In this document: positions 1-13,184 of the stretch, one piece after another
How the letters are laid out: the number at the start of each line of letters is the position of its first letter
Position numbering within the stretch: the first letter of the stretch is position 1
Source: Octopus sinensis
Lineage: Eukaryota
DNA length: 64,000 nt
Direction of reading: 5' to 3'
NCBI RefSeq assembly: GCF_006345805.1
Contig: NC_042998.1
Span: forward strand, 164,548,001 to 164,612,000
Notes under the pieces: generated by a model
What the model saw: only the letters and a program-made list of their open reading frames with translations
What the model was told of the DNA's origin: nothing
Databases searched by the model: none
Translations under genes and position numbers: made by a program

Positions 1-23
1 CCATACTTATTTTTTATGGTTAA

Positions 24-428
24 TCTATATATATAAAAGTGAGGTTGTGTGGTGTCTGTCTCCTACGATTTAGATTCCTACCTACTCCCACATTTTGCGG
101 TGCAGTGTAACCAAAAGCGGGTATCTTATAGTCGTGATTCATATCGAGCCCTTCTGGGGAATTGGCGCGCGTCTACGATGAGTCTACGATTTTTAAAAAA
201 ATTACCATCATTTTTTCCCATTTTTAATGCATTTTTGTTTTGCTATTATATAAGGGAAGTAACTCTCTAAAAATGTATTATTAAATCTCAGAACGTAAAA
301 AGCTACAGTAACACCCCCCCCCCTTTGTGGTTAGCCATATTGAGATGGCTATTATACTTTACATCTCTAAAAATGCTTATATAGTTATTTCCCTTACAAA
401 CCCGAGCAACGCCGGGCGATACTGCTAG
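24..428 (+). mobile_element. Non-autonomous Helitron-like element
   Basis: Starts A^TCTATATATATAAAA (24) and ends CTAG^T (425-428), so it sits between A and T with no TSD. GC-rich hairpin CCCGAGCAACGCCGGG (401-416) lies 8 nt before CTAG. These are the canonical Helitron termini. Confidence 0.8.
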
Positions 429-1187
429 TACATATATAAACTGCAAAACAAAATATTTTTTATACTGTATAACGTGTCCAAAATGAAACGAGCACATTGC
501 ATTGATACAGTTTTCATTGATGTGGAAACTGTATCAACCAAAATTTCGGGATACGTAAATTGTAAATGAGGCTTCAATATCTCAAGGATATTCTATGAGG
601 TAAATGTTTGGGTAACCGTACGAATGGGAAATACAAAATATCATCTTTTATTTTTCAAAATAAAGACAGCATATGAGCAATTACGAAATCTAGAATGAAA
701 TCGGCAGTCGCGCTCTGTTCCGCTGCCGACGCATAAAGATTTCCATTCTAGAATTAAATTGCAAATTATAACATCTGATACAAAGCATATTTACTACGAT
801 ATAGATACTGACATTGGAGTGTGCGTAAAGAAACTGAGAGTGCTTACACGCAAAAAGTTTGCTTTTCCTCGGTCTAATGTTAATTTGCTTTGAAACTGAT
901 TTTTAAGGATGATTTTAATTAAAGCAAAAATTCAAACGTGTCTGTATCAAGATTCTTTTCTTTAAATTACGTTAGTACAAGCATATATACATATAAGTTT
1001 GTGGGTTTGCGTATGTGTGTATATGTGGAAGAATGAGTGCACAATGCTACAGAAAGAGTTAAATTATTAAACTTGTCGGCCGAATAAATGTAACAGCTTT
1101 TTTTTTCTGCTAGCAGATGTCCTCATGTAATGCCATGTAATTCTGACTAAATATTATATAAACCACACACATCCAACTACATATGTA

Positions 1188-1270
<83 letters not shown>

Positions 1271-1594
1271 CACGATCAAGGTACGCACGTACATAGGACT
1301 AGTTAACCTAATTTAATGATTGCTATAAATAAAAGAAATACATTTTAAATTAATTTGTAAATGGAAACTACAGGTGTTGACTTACGTCCTTCTCGAATTA
1401 CAAAACTCGAAAGGTAATGAAAAACTAAAGTTAGATAAGTAAATAGAACAAAGCAAGGAGAAGCTTGTCAATATTTACTTACGTAAATTCCACTCAGTTC
1501 TTTAATTAAATGAATGCGATTTAATAACATCATTAAAAATATCAAAGATCTATAAAAAACAGTCGTGCCATAGGTAAAATAATAAACCTTTTTT

Positions 1595-1817
1595 AATTTT
1601 GGCACAGGGCCTCAAATTTGGTGGGAAGACGAATAGTAGATTACATCGACCCCAGTACTTGACTGGCACTTATTTTATCTACCCCAAAATGATGAAAAGC
1701 AAAGTCGACCTCAGCGGAATTTGAACTTAGAATGTAAAGACTGACCAAATGCGGCTCAGCATTTTGTCTGGCGTGCTAATTATTCTACTAGCTCGCCGTC
1801 TTAAACAACAACAAAAA

Positions 1818-1871
<54 letters not shown>

Positions 1872-3900
1872 TGATGATGATTTCAAATTTTTATTTGCCA
1901 CAAGGGCAGCTTGGGGGAGAGTATTAAGTCGATTACCTTGATCCCAGCGCATAACTGGTAATCATTTAATCGACCCCGAAAGAAAGGAAGGCAAAGTCAA
2001 CCTCGGCGGAACTTGAACTCAGACTGTTAAGACGGGCGAAATACTGTTAAGCATTTCGCCCGGCATGCTAACGATTCTGCCAGCTCGCCGCCTTAAATAA
2101 CAATGATAATAACAACAACAACAACAACAATAATAATAATAATAATAATAATAATAATCCTTTCTTCTATAGGCAAAAGGCCTGGAATTTGTGGGGAGTG
2201 GGCCAGTCAATTACATCGATCCCAGTATTCAACTGGTATTTATTTTATCAACCCAGAAAGGATGAAAGGCCAAGTCGACCTTGGCGAAATGTGAACCCAG
2301 AATGTAAAGACTGACCAAATGCCGCTAAGCATTTTGTCTGGCGCGCTAATGATTCTGCTAGCTCACTGTCTTAAACAACAACAACAGCAACAGCAATGTG
2401 GATGAAACCATCGCATATATCAAGCAACTTACCACACAGCCACTCCTGCTCCTATATTGAGAAATGATTTACCGAACCACGTGGGTTGAAATACGACATA
2501 CATATTCATTACATAAAAGGCGGCGATCTGGTAGAAACGCTTGCACGCTAGGCAAAATGTTTGTGGCGTTTCGTCCGATCTTACGGTCTCTTTTCAAATT
2601 CCGCCATCAATAAATTAAGTACAAGTTGAATACTGGGAACGATGTAATCGATTTACACCCACCCACGAAATTGCTGACCGTGTGCTAAATTTTAAAATCG
2701 GTATATTTGAAAAGATTAAGGCAGCGAGTTGACAAAATCATAGCAAGCCAGGTGAAATGCTTAGCGGCGTTTCGTCTGCTTTCACGTTCTCATTTCAAAT
2801 TCCGCCGACGTCGACTTGGCCTTTCATCCTTTCGGAGTCGATAAAATAAGTACCAGTTGAGCACTTGGGTTGATGTAATCGACTTACGTCCTCTCGCTGG
2901 CGGTGCCTCAGTATGGCTACGGCTTTTGGGTTGAAACGCATAAACGAATGAAAGAATAATTTATTCCTGATTCTCATCGTCCTCTATTCCTTAAGCCAAT
3001 ACCCCTTCCATTTGTAACAGGAGCACCGTTAACGCAAATATTAACGCCAACATTCTTTGACTACGATCACCATCATCAACAACAGCAGAAATTTCCAATA
3101 CCACAGCACATCTATCACCACTATTACTTCTAATAACATCACCACTACCACTATCATCAATCTTAATACTCCCATGCGTATCGCGACTATCATATCAACC
3201 GTGACCACCATACTGATAATACCATCAACATGAAAACTATCAATATTATTATCACAACTACTAAGGTAGCGAGCTGGCAGAATCGTTGGTACGCCAGAAA
3301 AATGCTTAGCGGCATTTCGCCCGTCTTTACGTTCTGAGTTCAATTTCCGCCGAGGTCGGCTTTATCTTTCAGCCTTTCGGGGTTGAGAAAATGGGTATCA
3401 GTCAAGCATTGGAATCGATGTAATCGACTTGTCCCCCTCCCACTAAGATTTCGAGCCTTGTACCTATAGTAGAAAGGAATGTTAATCGTGAAGTGAAGGC
3501 GGCGAGCAGGCAGAATCGTTAGCACACCGGGCGAAATGCTTAGCGGTATTTCGTTTGCCGCTACGAGTCGATAAATTAAGTACCCGTGAAACAATGGGGT
3601 CGATGTAATCGACTATCCCCTTCTCCCACAATTTCAGGTCTTGTGTCTATAGTAAAAAAGGATTATTATTACAACTAGTTGGCAGTGACCTGGCAATATC
3701 TTTTAGCACGCCGGGCAAAACGCTAAGCAGTGTCTGGTACGTCTTAATGTTCTGAGTTCAAATTCCGCCGACTTTACCATTAATCCTTTCGAGGTCTATA
3801 AAATAAGTACCAGTGGAGTGCTGGGGTCGATTTAATTGAATTAACCCCGCCACCTCGAAATTACTGGCTTAGAGTCAAGATTTGAAACCATTATTAATTA
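1595..3900. mobile_element. Cluster of about 8 tRNA-derived SINE copies (group A; three on minus at 1595-2372, five on plus at 2516-3900)
   Basis: Repeated head AAGGCGGCGAGCTGGCAGAATCGTTAGC...GTTCTGAGTTCAAATTCCGCC (A and B boxes) and body GCCTTTCATCCTTTCGGGGTCGATAAAATAAGTACCAG, interspersed with (AAT)n/(AAC)n. The body resembles my recollection of the MetaSINE central domain (unverified). Confidence 0.85.
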
Positions 3901-5329
3901 ACATTACTCCTACCATCACACTCCGACATTACACTAACAAACACTCAAACTACCACCACAACAACCACCACCACTACCACTACTACCGTCACCGTGCAAC
4001 TACCACTATAATTATCATTACCATGAATACTAGCATCACATCATTGTCGTTATTTATAGTCAATAGGTTTCTTGTTTTAACGTTCCCCCTCTCCGCTGGA
4101 TATTCTAGCAATGGAGCGAATGTAAGATTGTTAAGGACAAAAAGGCTGGTGAATGAGAAAAGACAAATAAATATGAAATGATGAGGGCGAAAGGATGACA
4201 GCTTGAAATAATTGCATTTCATCTTCATTTGGTAGTTTATTTATCTAACTCCATCTCAGCTATGTCACCTCGTTAAACCGAACGTTTCTCACACAACATA
4301 TTCGTGTGTGTGTGTGTGTGGGTGTGTGTGTACAAATATATAATACATGCATAAATATACATGCATATATATATATACACACACATACGTGTGTGTGTGT
4401 AATATATATATTCATAATATTTATTATATATGTATAAATGTATATATGTTGTGTCAGTGTGTTTCTTAATTTTTAATTCACAGTGTCTGTGCATATTTCC
4501 GGCAGTGGTTTTTCAGGATCTGCTGTCGCTTCTTTGTCAAATCCATACTCACTGATTTCCTTTTCGGTTTCATAAACGAAACGAATCTCCACGCATCTTA
4601 TTTTTAATATAAAGGATCTTTTTAATCATTTTCTTTCTTCTAAATTTTCAAGGATATGCTATGAATATTTCTTTATGTTATACGTATAAAGTACATATTC
4701 ATTATATATTCAATATACTTCAGGCAATTTTCATAAGTGAAACGAGAGAAATTTAGCGCGAATTATTTTACTTATTCTGAATTCTGCGAAGACATCACTC
4801 TGCTTCTATCCTACATCCGAATTGGGAAATGCTCATGAATTTATAACGAAGGAGAACACTAAATCTGTAGAGTTGTATGATAAACGAGCATTTTATTCTT
4901 CCCGTAAACTAAAAAGCAAATACTGGCGTTACTACGAACCACAAAATATCGAGTGAGTTTGGATGTTATTGTTCTTGGTATAATTGTAGTAGTAGTCACA
5001 AAGTTAGCTGATGCTTGCGCTGCGGCCGCCGATCGTGCATTGTGGTTGTTGTCAGCACAGGTCAGCAGTTGTCCGTGTTTGTTCTCCACCCGTGTGCCGT
5101 CTCGTCCCTGCTGTCACTCAATGCTAATGTTCTCTGTCAAGTAGTCAATGTACGCCGAATTTATACTGATGCTTAATTAGGTGTTAGGTTCAGAAAGAAG
5201 AGCGCCAAGAAATGAAGTCTTCACTGGAGCCTGATTTTGTTGATCACGTCGGTAATATTGCCGCAAATTGTGACGTCGAGTATAGTGACCTGAGTGTTGA
5301 ATATTCCCACTACAAATTAAATAATTAAT

Positions 5330-7082
5330 TTTTGATTTTGTTGACTATACAGTATAGCAGGGTCAGTTGGGCAACCTCTGTGAGAAAATCAGCACCATGA
5401 TGCAATTCACTCTACCAGAAACTTAGAAACGACATGCTGTACTGCTTGGCATTTGCACCGGAAGCTCCAATACAAACATTTCAAAGTGTTTGGGCGTCAA
5501 TGTGAGGATAGTGCAGAAGATTCGGAAAGAGTTGGATGAGTCTAATAGTGATTATGAAGGTATGGCAGCTTGGAAAACTCATTCAGATCGTTTTGATAAC
5601 AAAAGAACACCTGAATTTGTTGGTGAGATCCAGGCCATGATTGACAACGATCCTTCCAAGTCAATCAGGTCCATCACCAGGGACACGAGAGTGTCTTAGT
5701 TTCTTACCAAGCAAGTAGTGTATGCAGGCATTCAGTATTCCTCATACAAGGTGAGAAAGGGCTAATTTTTATCCCAAACCCTTAGGACAAGAGAAAAGAG
5801 ACACTACAAAGTTTTTGAACAAACTCAAGCATCCCCTCCAACCGAACACGCTTTGGTTTTTCTCAGACGAGAAAGTTTTCTACCAGGATCAGATGGAGAA
5901 CACACAGAACAACCGTTGGCTTGCCGTGTCCCCAAAACATGTACCGAGAGGGATAAAAATCAAACATCCTGTCAACATCATGGTGTTTAGAGTAATCATT
6001 AGTGATGGCGATGTAATGCTTCTATTCATCTTCCCACACGGCCTCATACTCAACACGGAAGCCTACATCAAGTGCCTGGAGGAGGTAGTGCTACTCTGGG
6101 TCAAGAGAGTGGCTGCTGGAAGACCATATGTCTAGAAACAGGACTCTCCACCATGTCACACAGCAGGAGAACCCAGTCACGGCTGTAAGACAATTTCTGC
6201 GACCACACCACCCCTAACATCTCGCCACCTAACTCCCCAGACTGAACCCCCCTTGATTATTATGTGTGGGGCGCAGTTGAGCGAGAGACCAGCAACACTC
6301 CATGAAACACCGAAGGTGATCTGAAGGCAAGGATTATGGCAGCATTCACCAAGTTAAACAAGTAGACCTTTCAGAAGAAATGCAGGAGATATCGAAGTCG
6401 TCTGGAGGCGGTGGTTGAAACTGAAGGTAATATTGTTGAATAAATATACTTTTTAGTACTGTAAATCCTCGAGTATAGTTCGCCCTTGAGTATAATACGC
6501 AGGGGATTTTTAGGGGGCTGTACCCCTGAAAAACCTAAACCTTGTGTATAATACGTTCCTCTTCTCTAACTTGAGTCGTGCGTAATTAAGCCAGCAGCAC
6601 CTAGTCGAACAAACGCTTCCGCACATGCGTAATACAATAAAGGTGATGTTCTTAACTGTTATATGGCAATGTAAATATGTTTGCAAATTGTTTTTGTTAC
6701 ATGTTATTCTGTGTTCTGAATACTTTTATTTTGATAAATGTTGCTTACTGCAAGTTATGGATGATTCTTTTATGACTTCATTGTTTCAGGCTTAGCTTAA
6801 GGTATTTTCGCACCCGACATCACAAAATGCGTCTGAATAACATTGCCGGACAGCAATAGAGACTCGGACATTGCTTAGAAAATATTTTTCATTTTTAACC
6901 TCGTATATAGTACGCACTAGGGATTTTGACCTTTCAATTTTGGGGGGAAATGCGGATTATACTCGAGGATTTACGGTAGTTCAAGATATTTTAATGTAAT
7001 TTGGGTAAATATATCTGTTAAAATGAGATGTCAGTATTATTTTCATTTTTGCATAATTTAGACAATTTATTCACCGCACCTG
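5330..7082 (+). mobile_element. Degenerate Tc1/mariner transposon, maT/DD37D-like; transposase pseudogene about 5398-6442
   Basis: Translated fragments WFFSDEKVFYQDQMENTQNNRW, IMVFRVIISDG, KQDSPPCH and LDYYVWGAVE match the maT/Bmmar1 pattern. Stops and frameshifts present. Homologous to the copy at 17358-17924. The left TIR is not visible. Confidence 0.8.
6459..6976. mobile_element. 518 bp MITE (Tc1/mariner superfamily, TA TSD) nested in the maT element
   Basis: TIRs CTGTAAATCCTCGAGTATAGTTCGC and reverse complement CCGTAAATCCTCGAGTATAATCCGC (22/25 match). TA at 6457-6458 and 6977-6978. Confidence 0.85.
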
Positions 7083-7207
7083 AGTGAACTGGAGCGACAT
7101 GAAATCAAGTGTCTTACTTAAGAATACAACACACTGCTCAGTCCTGTCCGGGAATCGTACTTACAGCCTAATGATTGTAAACCGAACGTCTTAGCCACTG
7201 AGCCCAT
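7083..7207 (-). mobile_element. Truncated tRNA-derived SINE (group C, V-domain-like)
   Basis: Minus-strand head GGCATGGGCTCAGTGGCTAAGAC...TACGATTCCCGGAC followed by GTATTCTTAAGTAAGACACTTGATTTCATGTCGCTCCAGTTCAC, as in the copies at 11918 and 39730. Confidence 0.7.
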
Positions 7208-7245
7208 GCCTTTTCAGGAGCCAAAACCTGTAGAATTTGTAGTGA

Positions 7246-7330
7246 CGCCATCTTGGAAATCTCCAGCACGCATGCGCAGGGTTGGAGTCTTCCAGTACCC
7301 CTGCCGGAAGTTCCCTCATGCGCATGCGCA
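7246..7330. promoter_or_regulatory. Candidate housekeeping or bidirectional promoter (YY1 + 2x NRF1 + ETS motifs)
   Basis: CGCCATCTT (7246-7254, YY1), ACGCATGCGCA (7268-7278), CCGGAAGT (7304-7311, ETS/GABP) and perfect TGCGCATGCGCA (7319-7330, NRF1), within 85 bp of a locally GC/CpG-richer non-repetitive island. Confidence 0.5.
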
Positions 7331-7859
7331 GAAAACTAGCAGCAGCGAAATTCCCTCGTATCGCTCTTTTGAACAAAACAGTCGTGTTTTATCAGCTCTC
7401 TCAAGCTGCTACCTCATGGCGTATCTCCGCTATGCTTGAACGGACAGGATTTGGCTCACTCCACTTGACTACTGCGAAAAGCTCCTAGGCTGCCGATTCA
7501 CCTAGAAAGAAGAATGTATATATTGCGAATCGAGAAATAAATATCTATACTGTTGAAGTTGATCGGAATTCTTGACTCTTTCTTCGATTAATATTTAATG
7601 TAAAGGATGCGAGCTGCACCCATCCAATGCGGGGACCTCTCATCCTGTTACAAATTCTTCTCGGATTTGGCTTATAGATAGACAGGGACCAGTGGTTTAA
7701 CACCGCGGTCTGTATAAACATAAGGCTACTGGTATGCTTACTAAGTGCACATGTGTGAGTTCAAACACATTTTATACATACAACTATTTATCATATCCAT
7801 CGCGATTGCTGACACCAGATACATGTGTGTGTTATGTAAGTGTGTGTATAAGAATACAT

Positions 7860-8220
7860 GTATGAGCATGTGTATGTGTTTATAAGTGTATGTGTATCTA
7901 AGCAGATCAACTTACATATACAAATATACACGCACATATAATTTATACTTATATATATATGATTCATACATATACATCATGGATTATATATATATTTATG
8001 TATATTTGTATGTATACTTATATATACACACACATACACACAGGTATATATAAATTTATATGATGTATATATACATACACATATATATATATATATACAT
8101 ACATACACACACCATATATATATATATATATATTTCCATTTCCTGAGCGCCTATTAATAATAATACTGTAATTGTTCCATTGTTGTTGTTTTTTTTGTTT
8201 CCCGTTTGATTAAAATATAC

Positions 8221-8263
<43 letters not shown>

Positions 8264-8363
8264 CATATATATAAATCCTTAAATCCTTAAAATGTTTTAG
8301 CCCGAAGGCCGCGGCCATGCTGGGGCACAACAAAAACACACACAACACACATACACACACACA

Positions 8364-8447
<84 letters not shown>

Positions 8448-8825
8448 GTATTTGCCTGGCACTGTAGCTGTCCGGTTTAAATTCTTTTTTACTGATATCA
8501 CTTAAAATCTCCCAACAATAATCACTTACTATCCCAGGAACACACAGACACGACACACACACACAAGCACACACTCACGCACACACCCTACATACACACA
8601 CAAACAGAAAAACGCACACGCATACACAATCTCTCTCTTCGCCTTTCACTCACTCTCTTTCCCTTTCTCTCTCTCTCTCTCTCTCTTTTATCTCTTTCAC
8701 ACGATCTTTCATGTGAACTCGATTCCTTCATTTTTGTAACAAACATTCATTTAAGTAATCATACAATACACACACACATACACACAGATATATAAATATA
8801 TATATGTATACATACATATACATAC

Positions 8826-8877
<52 letters not shown>

Positions 8878-9551
8878 CATACATATACTATATATACATA
8901 TACATATATATGTGTGTGTGCGTGCATACATATATATATATATATATATATAAAGATATATTCATACACACACATATAAGCTATTCCATTTCAACATTTT
9001 TTCAACAGTTACTCACGCGTTTGTTCATATTGTTGTTGTTGTCATTGTAGTTGTTATTGTTGTTATTGTTGTTGTTGATATTCTTCTTCTTCTTCTTATT
9101 ATTATTATTATTATTATTATTACATCATTATTATTATTATTATTATTATTATTGTTATTGTTATTATTATAATTATTATTATTATTATTATTATTGTTAT
9201 TGTTATTATTATAATTATTATTATTATTATCATCATCATATCATCATCATTTGCTATGTTCATGCCTGTTATTGTTGAGACTGTTAATCTTATTGGTGTT
9301 TGCAAATTTATCGTATACTTCACTATTTACATTTGACACTTAATTATTTATATCTATATATCTCATAGATATCTCATACACACATACACACACACGCATA
9401 TATATATACATATATATCTATAGATACATACATATACATATATATTATATATATATATATACATATATATATATACACATAATATATACATATATATACG
9501 CACATGCATATGCATACAAGTAAATGTATATATGCATGCATATACACATAT

Positions 9552-9612
<61 letters not shown>

Positions 9613-9630
9613 AACATATGTATACATGTA

Positions 9631-9691
<61 letters not shown>

Positions 9692-9866
9692 TATATATCA
9701 TTGGCTGTTGAGCAAACCGAGCTGTAAGTAATGAACAGATGGTTTGAATACGTGACATCTAGCTCTCTTCTGATACATGCCTGCACATATGTACACCCGT
9801 AAATAAATACCTACACATATGTAAATGCAAACGCGCACGCACGCACACACATACACCCACACACGC

Positions 9867-9898
<32 letters not shown>

Positions 9899-10053
9899 TC
9901 CACGATAAGCAGATATTATTATTCCTTTTCACACATGAACTTCACTAATGTAGAACGAAATCTGACACTTCAGTTGTATACAGTGTGTGCGTGTGCATAT
10001 ACATACATGCATATATAAATATAATTGTATTCATACACACACATATATATGTT

Positions 10054-10087
<34 letters not shown>

Positions 10088-10277
10088 CGTATGTATATGT
10101 ATGTATTCATACAAGCACACACACATACACACACACACATATATATGTGTATATACAAATATATACATAAATATACATATATGTATGTACGTATAGAGAT
10201 AGATAGGTAAATAGACAGACAGACAGACAATCAGACAGACAGACACACTGATAGATAGATAAATCGATAGATAGATG

Positions 10278-10327
<50 letters not shown>

Positions 10328-10695
10328 CAACGCATTTATGTTTGTATGTATATATACATGTATTCACATAAACACACACGTACACGTATATACATATGTG
10401 TGTGTGCGTGTGTGTGTATGTATTTATGTATGTATATATGTACTTACAAGTATCTATATACATTTATGTATGTAAACACACACATGTATATATACATCTA
10501 CATATATATACATATCAACATATATGTGTGTATTTTGCGTATGCGTATATATATATATATGTACATATATATATATATATATCGTATGCTTGCATTGTTA
10601 TTCTCAAATACATGCATATACAGACATTCTTGTTATCACACACACACACACACACACACAGAGAAACACGTACAAATACACACAAGCACATACAC

Positions 10696-10741
<46 letters not shown>

Positions 10742-10790
10742 TCTACTTCCCTCTATGTCTCTCTCACACATAGACACATATATACACCTA
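7860..10790. repeat. Compound microsatellite region: (TA)n, (CA)n, (ATT)n, (TAGA)n, (CT)n
   Basis: Directly visible simple repeats. They generate the YI/HT/CV-rich ORFs in the track. Confidence 0.95.
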
Positions 10791-11699
10791 TATGAATGTA
10801 CTTATTTCATTACTCCCGAAATGCAAGAAGCCTAGAACCGTTCTTTTTCTATGCTGTCCTTTTTGTTTGTTTGCTTTTATGTTTGTTGTTTTGTTACTTT
10901 TGGTATTTCGTTTTGATTTTTATAAAGAACACAAAAATCCAGGGAGTATATCACGTTCATATTAATGCTACAGCACATCACAAGTTTTTCCATCCTCGAC
11001 GTTTTCTTCGTGTATCTTCCACCAAAGGAAAATTCCAATGATTGCCAGCGTTGATTTCAGCAACCCATTATATTTGACCTTGGATTAAACTAGGAAATCA
11101 AGAGTTGACAAATATAATGACTAACTTTATGACAGTCATATGAAAAATCCTCAACAAAACACGCAGGCCGACGAAGGAACCTGTACTGTTGTCACGACGT
11201 TGAAATTAGCAGCCATTTCTCTCCTAAATCACATGCTGAAATGAAGTCTCCCTGAAAGATTTCTCGACAGAGTGCGTGGCACGGAGATCAGAGATTCTCT
11301 TGCAGGCCGACCTATACTTTGCGAGTGAATTTCGTTAACAAAAATTGTGTGGAAGCCCATCATATGTGAGTGTGGGGGCGTTTGTGTGTGTGTCACTATT
11401 TGTCACTACAGCTTAACAACCAGTCTTTTTTGCTTATTTATGCCTCAGAATCTTCGCCATTAATTTCCAATAGAATAAGTGCCAGACTTAAAACTAAAAG
11501 AAACTCAAGTAATGGGGTAGATTTCTTTGACAAAAACCCTTCCAGGTGCTGCCCCAGCATGGCCGCAGTTCAATGACTCAAACACGTTAAAGATATAAGA
11601 TCGAGAACGAGATTCTGGCTCACCAGAGAAGGCCAGCTTTCCGATTCGCGAAAAAAAAAAAAATACCACGTTAAGAGATTTTCCTTAAACTGCGTGGGA

Positions 11700-11842
11700 A
11701 GAAACTTGCTTCCCAACCACATGGTTCTGGGGTTCATCCAAATGTCTTCTACTATAGCCTTTCGCCGACCAAAGTCTTGTGAGTGGATTTGATAGACGGA
11801 AACAAAAAGAAACCCGATGTGTGTGTGTGTGTGTGTGTGTGT

Positions 11843-11879
<37 letters not shown>

Positions 11880-12590
11880 ATGTATGTATGTATGCATGCA
11901 TGCATGCAGGTGTGTGAAGGCACATGGCTTAGTGGTTAGGGCATTTGGCTCATGATTGTAAGGTCGTAGTTCAATTCCTGGTGACGCGTTGTGTCCTTGA
12001 GCAAGATGCTTTATTTCATGTTGCTCCAGTTTAGTCAGCTGGCAAAAATGAGTAGTACCTGTATTTCAAAGGACCAGCCTTGTCACACTCTGTGTCACGC
12101 TGAATCTCCCTGAGAACTACGTTAAGGGTACACGTGTCTGTGGAGTGTTCAGCCACTTGAACGTTAATTTCACGAGCAAGTTGTTCCGTTGATCATGTCA
12201 ATTGAGACCCTCGTCGTCGTAACCGACAGAAGTGCTCCTATCGTTATGATGTGTTTGCGTGTGTGTGAGAGAGTGTGTGTGTGGTGTGTTGTGTTGTGTT
12301 GTGTGTGTTGTGTGTGTTGTGTGGTGTATGTATGTATGTATGTATGTATGTATGTCTGCCTTTGTGTCTGTGTTTGTTCCTCTCCACCGCTTGAAAGCTG
12401 GTGTTAGTGTGTTTATGTCCACGTGGCTTAGAGGTTCAGCAAGAGACCGATAATATAAGTACCAGGCTTGAAAAAAAAAAGTTTTGGGGGTCGATCCATT
12501 CGACTTAAAATTCTCCGATGTGGTGCTCCGGCATTGCCGCAGTCTCACGACTGAAACAAGTAAATCATAAAGGATAAAACATACAATAAA
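11700..12590 (+). mobile_element. Group B (CORE-like) SINE interrupted in its internal microsatellite by a group C SINE (11918-12238)
   Basis: Group B 5' half 11700-11820 and 3' half about 12380-12590 flank a complete group C copy (head GGCACATGGCTTAGTGGTTAGG...GTTCAATTCC; tail ...CCCTCGTCGTCGTAACCGAC). Confidence 0.75.
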
Positions 12591-13184
12591 ACATAAAGAA
12601 ACTAATGCTAAATTACTATTTACATCGCTTACTTATACGTGAAACTCTTGAAAATACCAAAGAAGGACCACCATTACGAACCGATTATCATCTCAACATT
12701 ATGAAGCACGCGAAGGAAAAATAAGCCTCCAAATCAATTGCATAATTATCTCCCTTGTAATATGTGGCCTTATGGAGAAAATAGGTTGAGTTATATGTGG
12801 ACTATATATTGCTAGATCATATTACCTAGAAGAGGCATAGAGTAAATATTGAAGAAATGCTGTTCTTATCCAACCATGTCCGCTCTACTGTTTATTTTTT
12901 TTTAACATTTCGCTGACTGTGCTAAATCCTTTTCTAAAATAGGTGAGATGTCTGCCTCGCACTTTTACTTCTTAAATAGTATAGAACCTTTGTTTCTATT
13001 TAAAGCACCTAATACATTCACAACATATATACATAGTGTGTATGTGTGTATGTATGTATGTATGTATGTATGTATGTATGTTAGTTTTATTTCAAGATTT
13101 CATTCCAATACAGAAAGTGCCGGTTTCTAACCTAGATCCAATGTATGCATGTACGAAGTAGCTTATACACGATTTTTTTTTACT

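Noticed and set aside
4540-4640. Possible exon on minus ending MKPKRKS followed by GTGAGT
   Set aside because: A good donor hexamer but only 7 codons, no convincing acceptor and no recognisable homology.
4859-5144. Overlapping GC-richer ORFs on both strands
   Set aside because: Short, start at non-ATG codons or follow an in-frame stop, and show no recognisable motif.
8226-10835. Numerous long ORFs here and at 19-20 kb, 31-32.7 kb, 35.6 kb, 55 kb, 57 kb and 62 kb
   Set aside because: They are translations of (TA)n, (CA)n and (CATA)n microsatellites (YI, HT, CV, MYVC repeats) that lack stop codons by construction.
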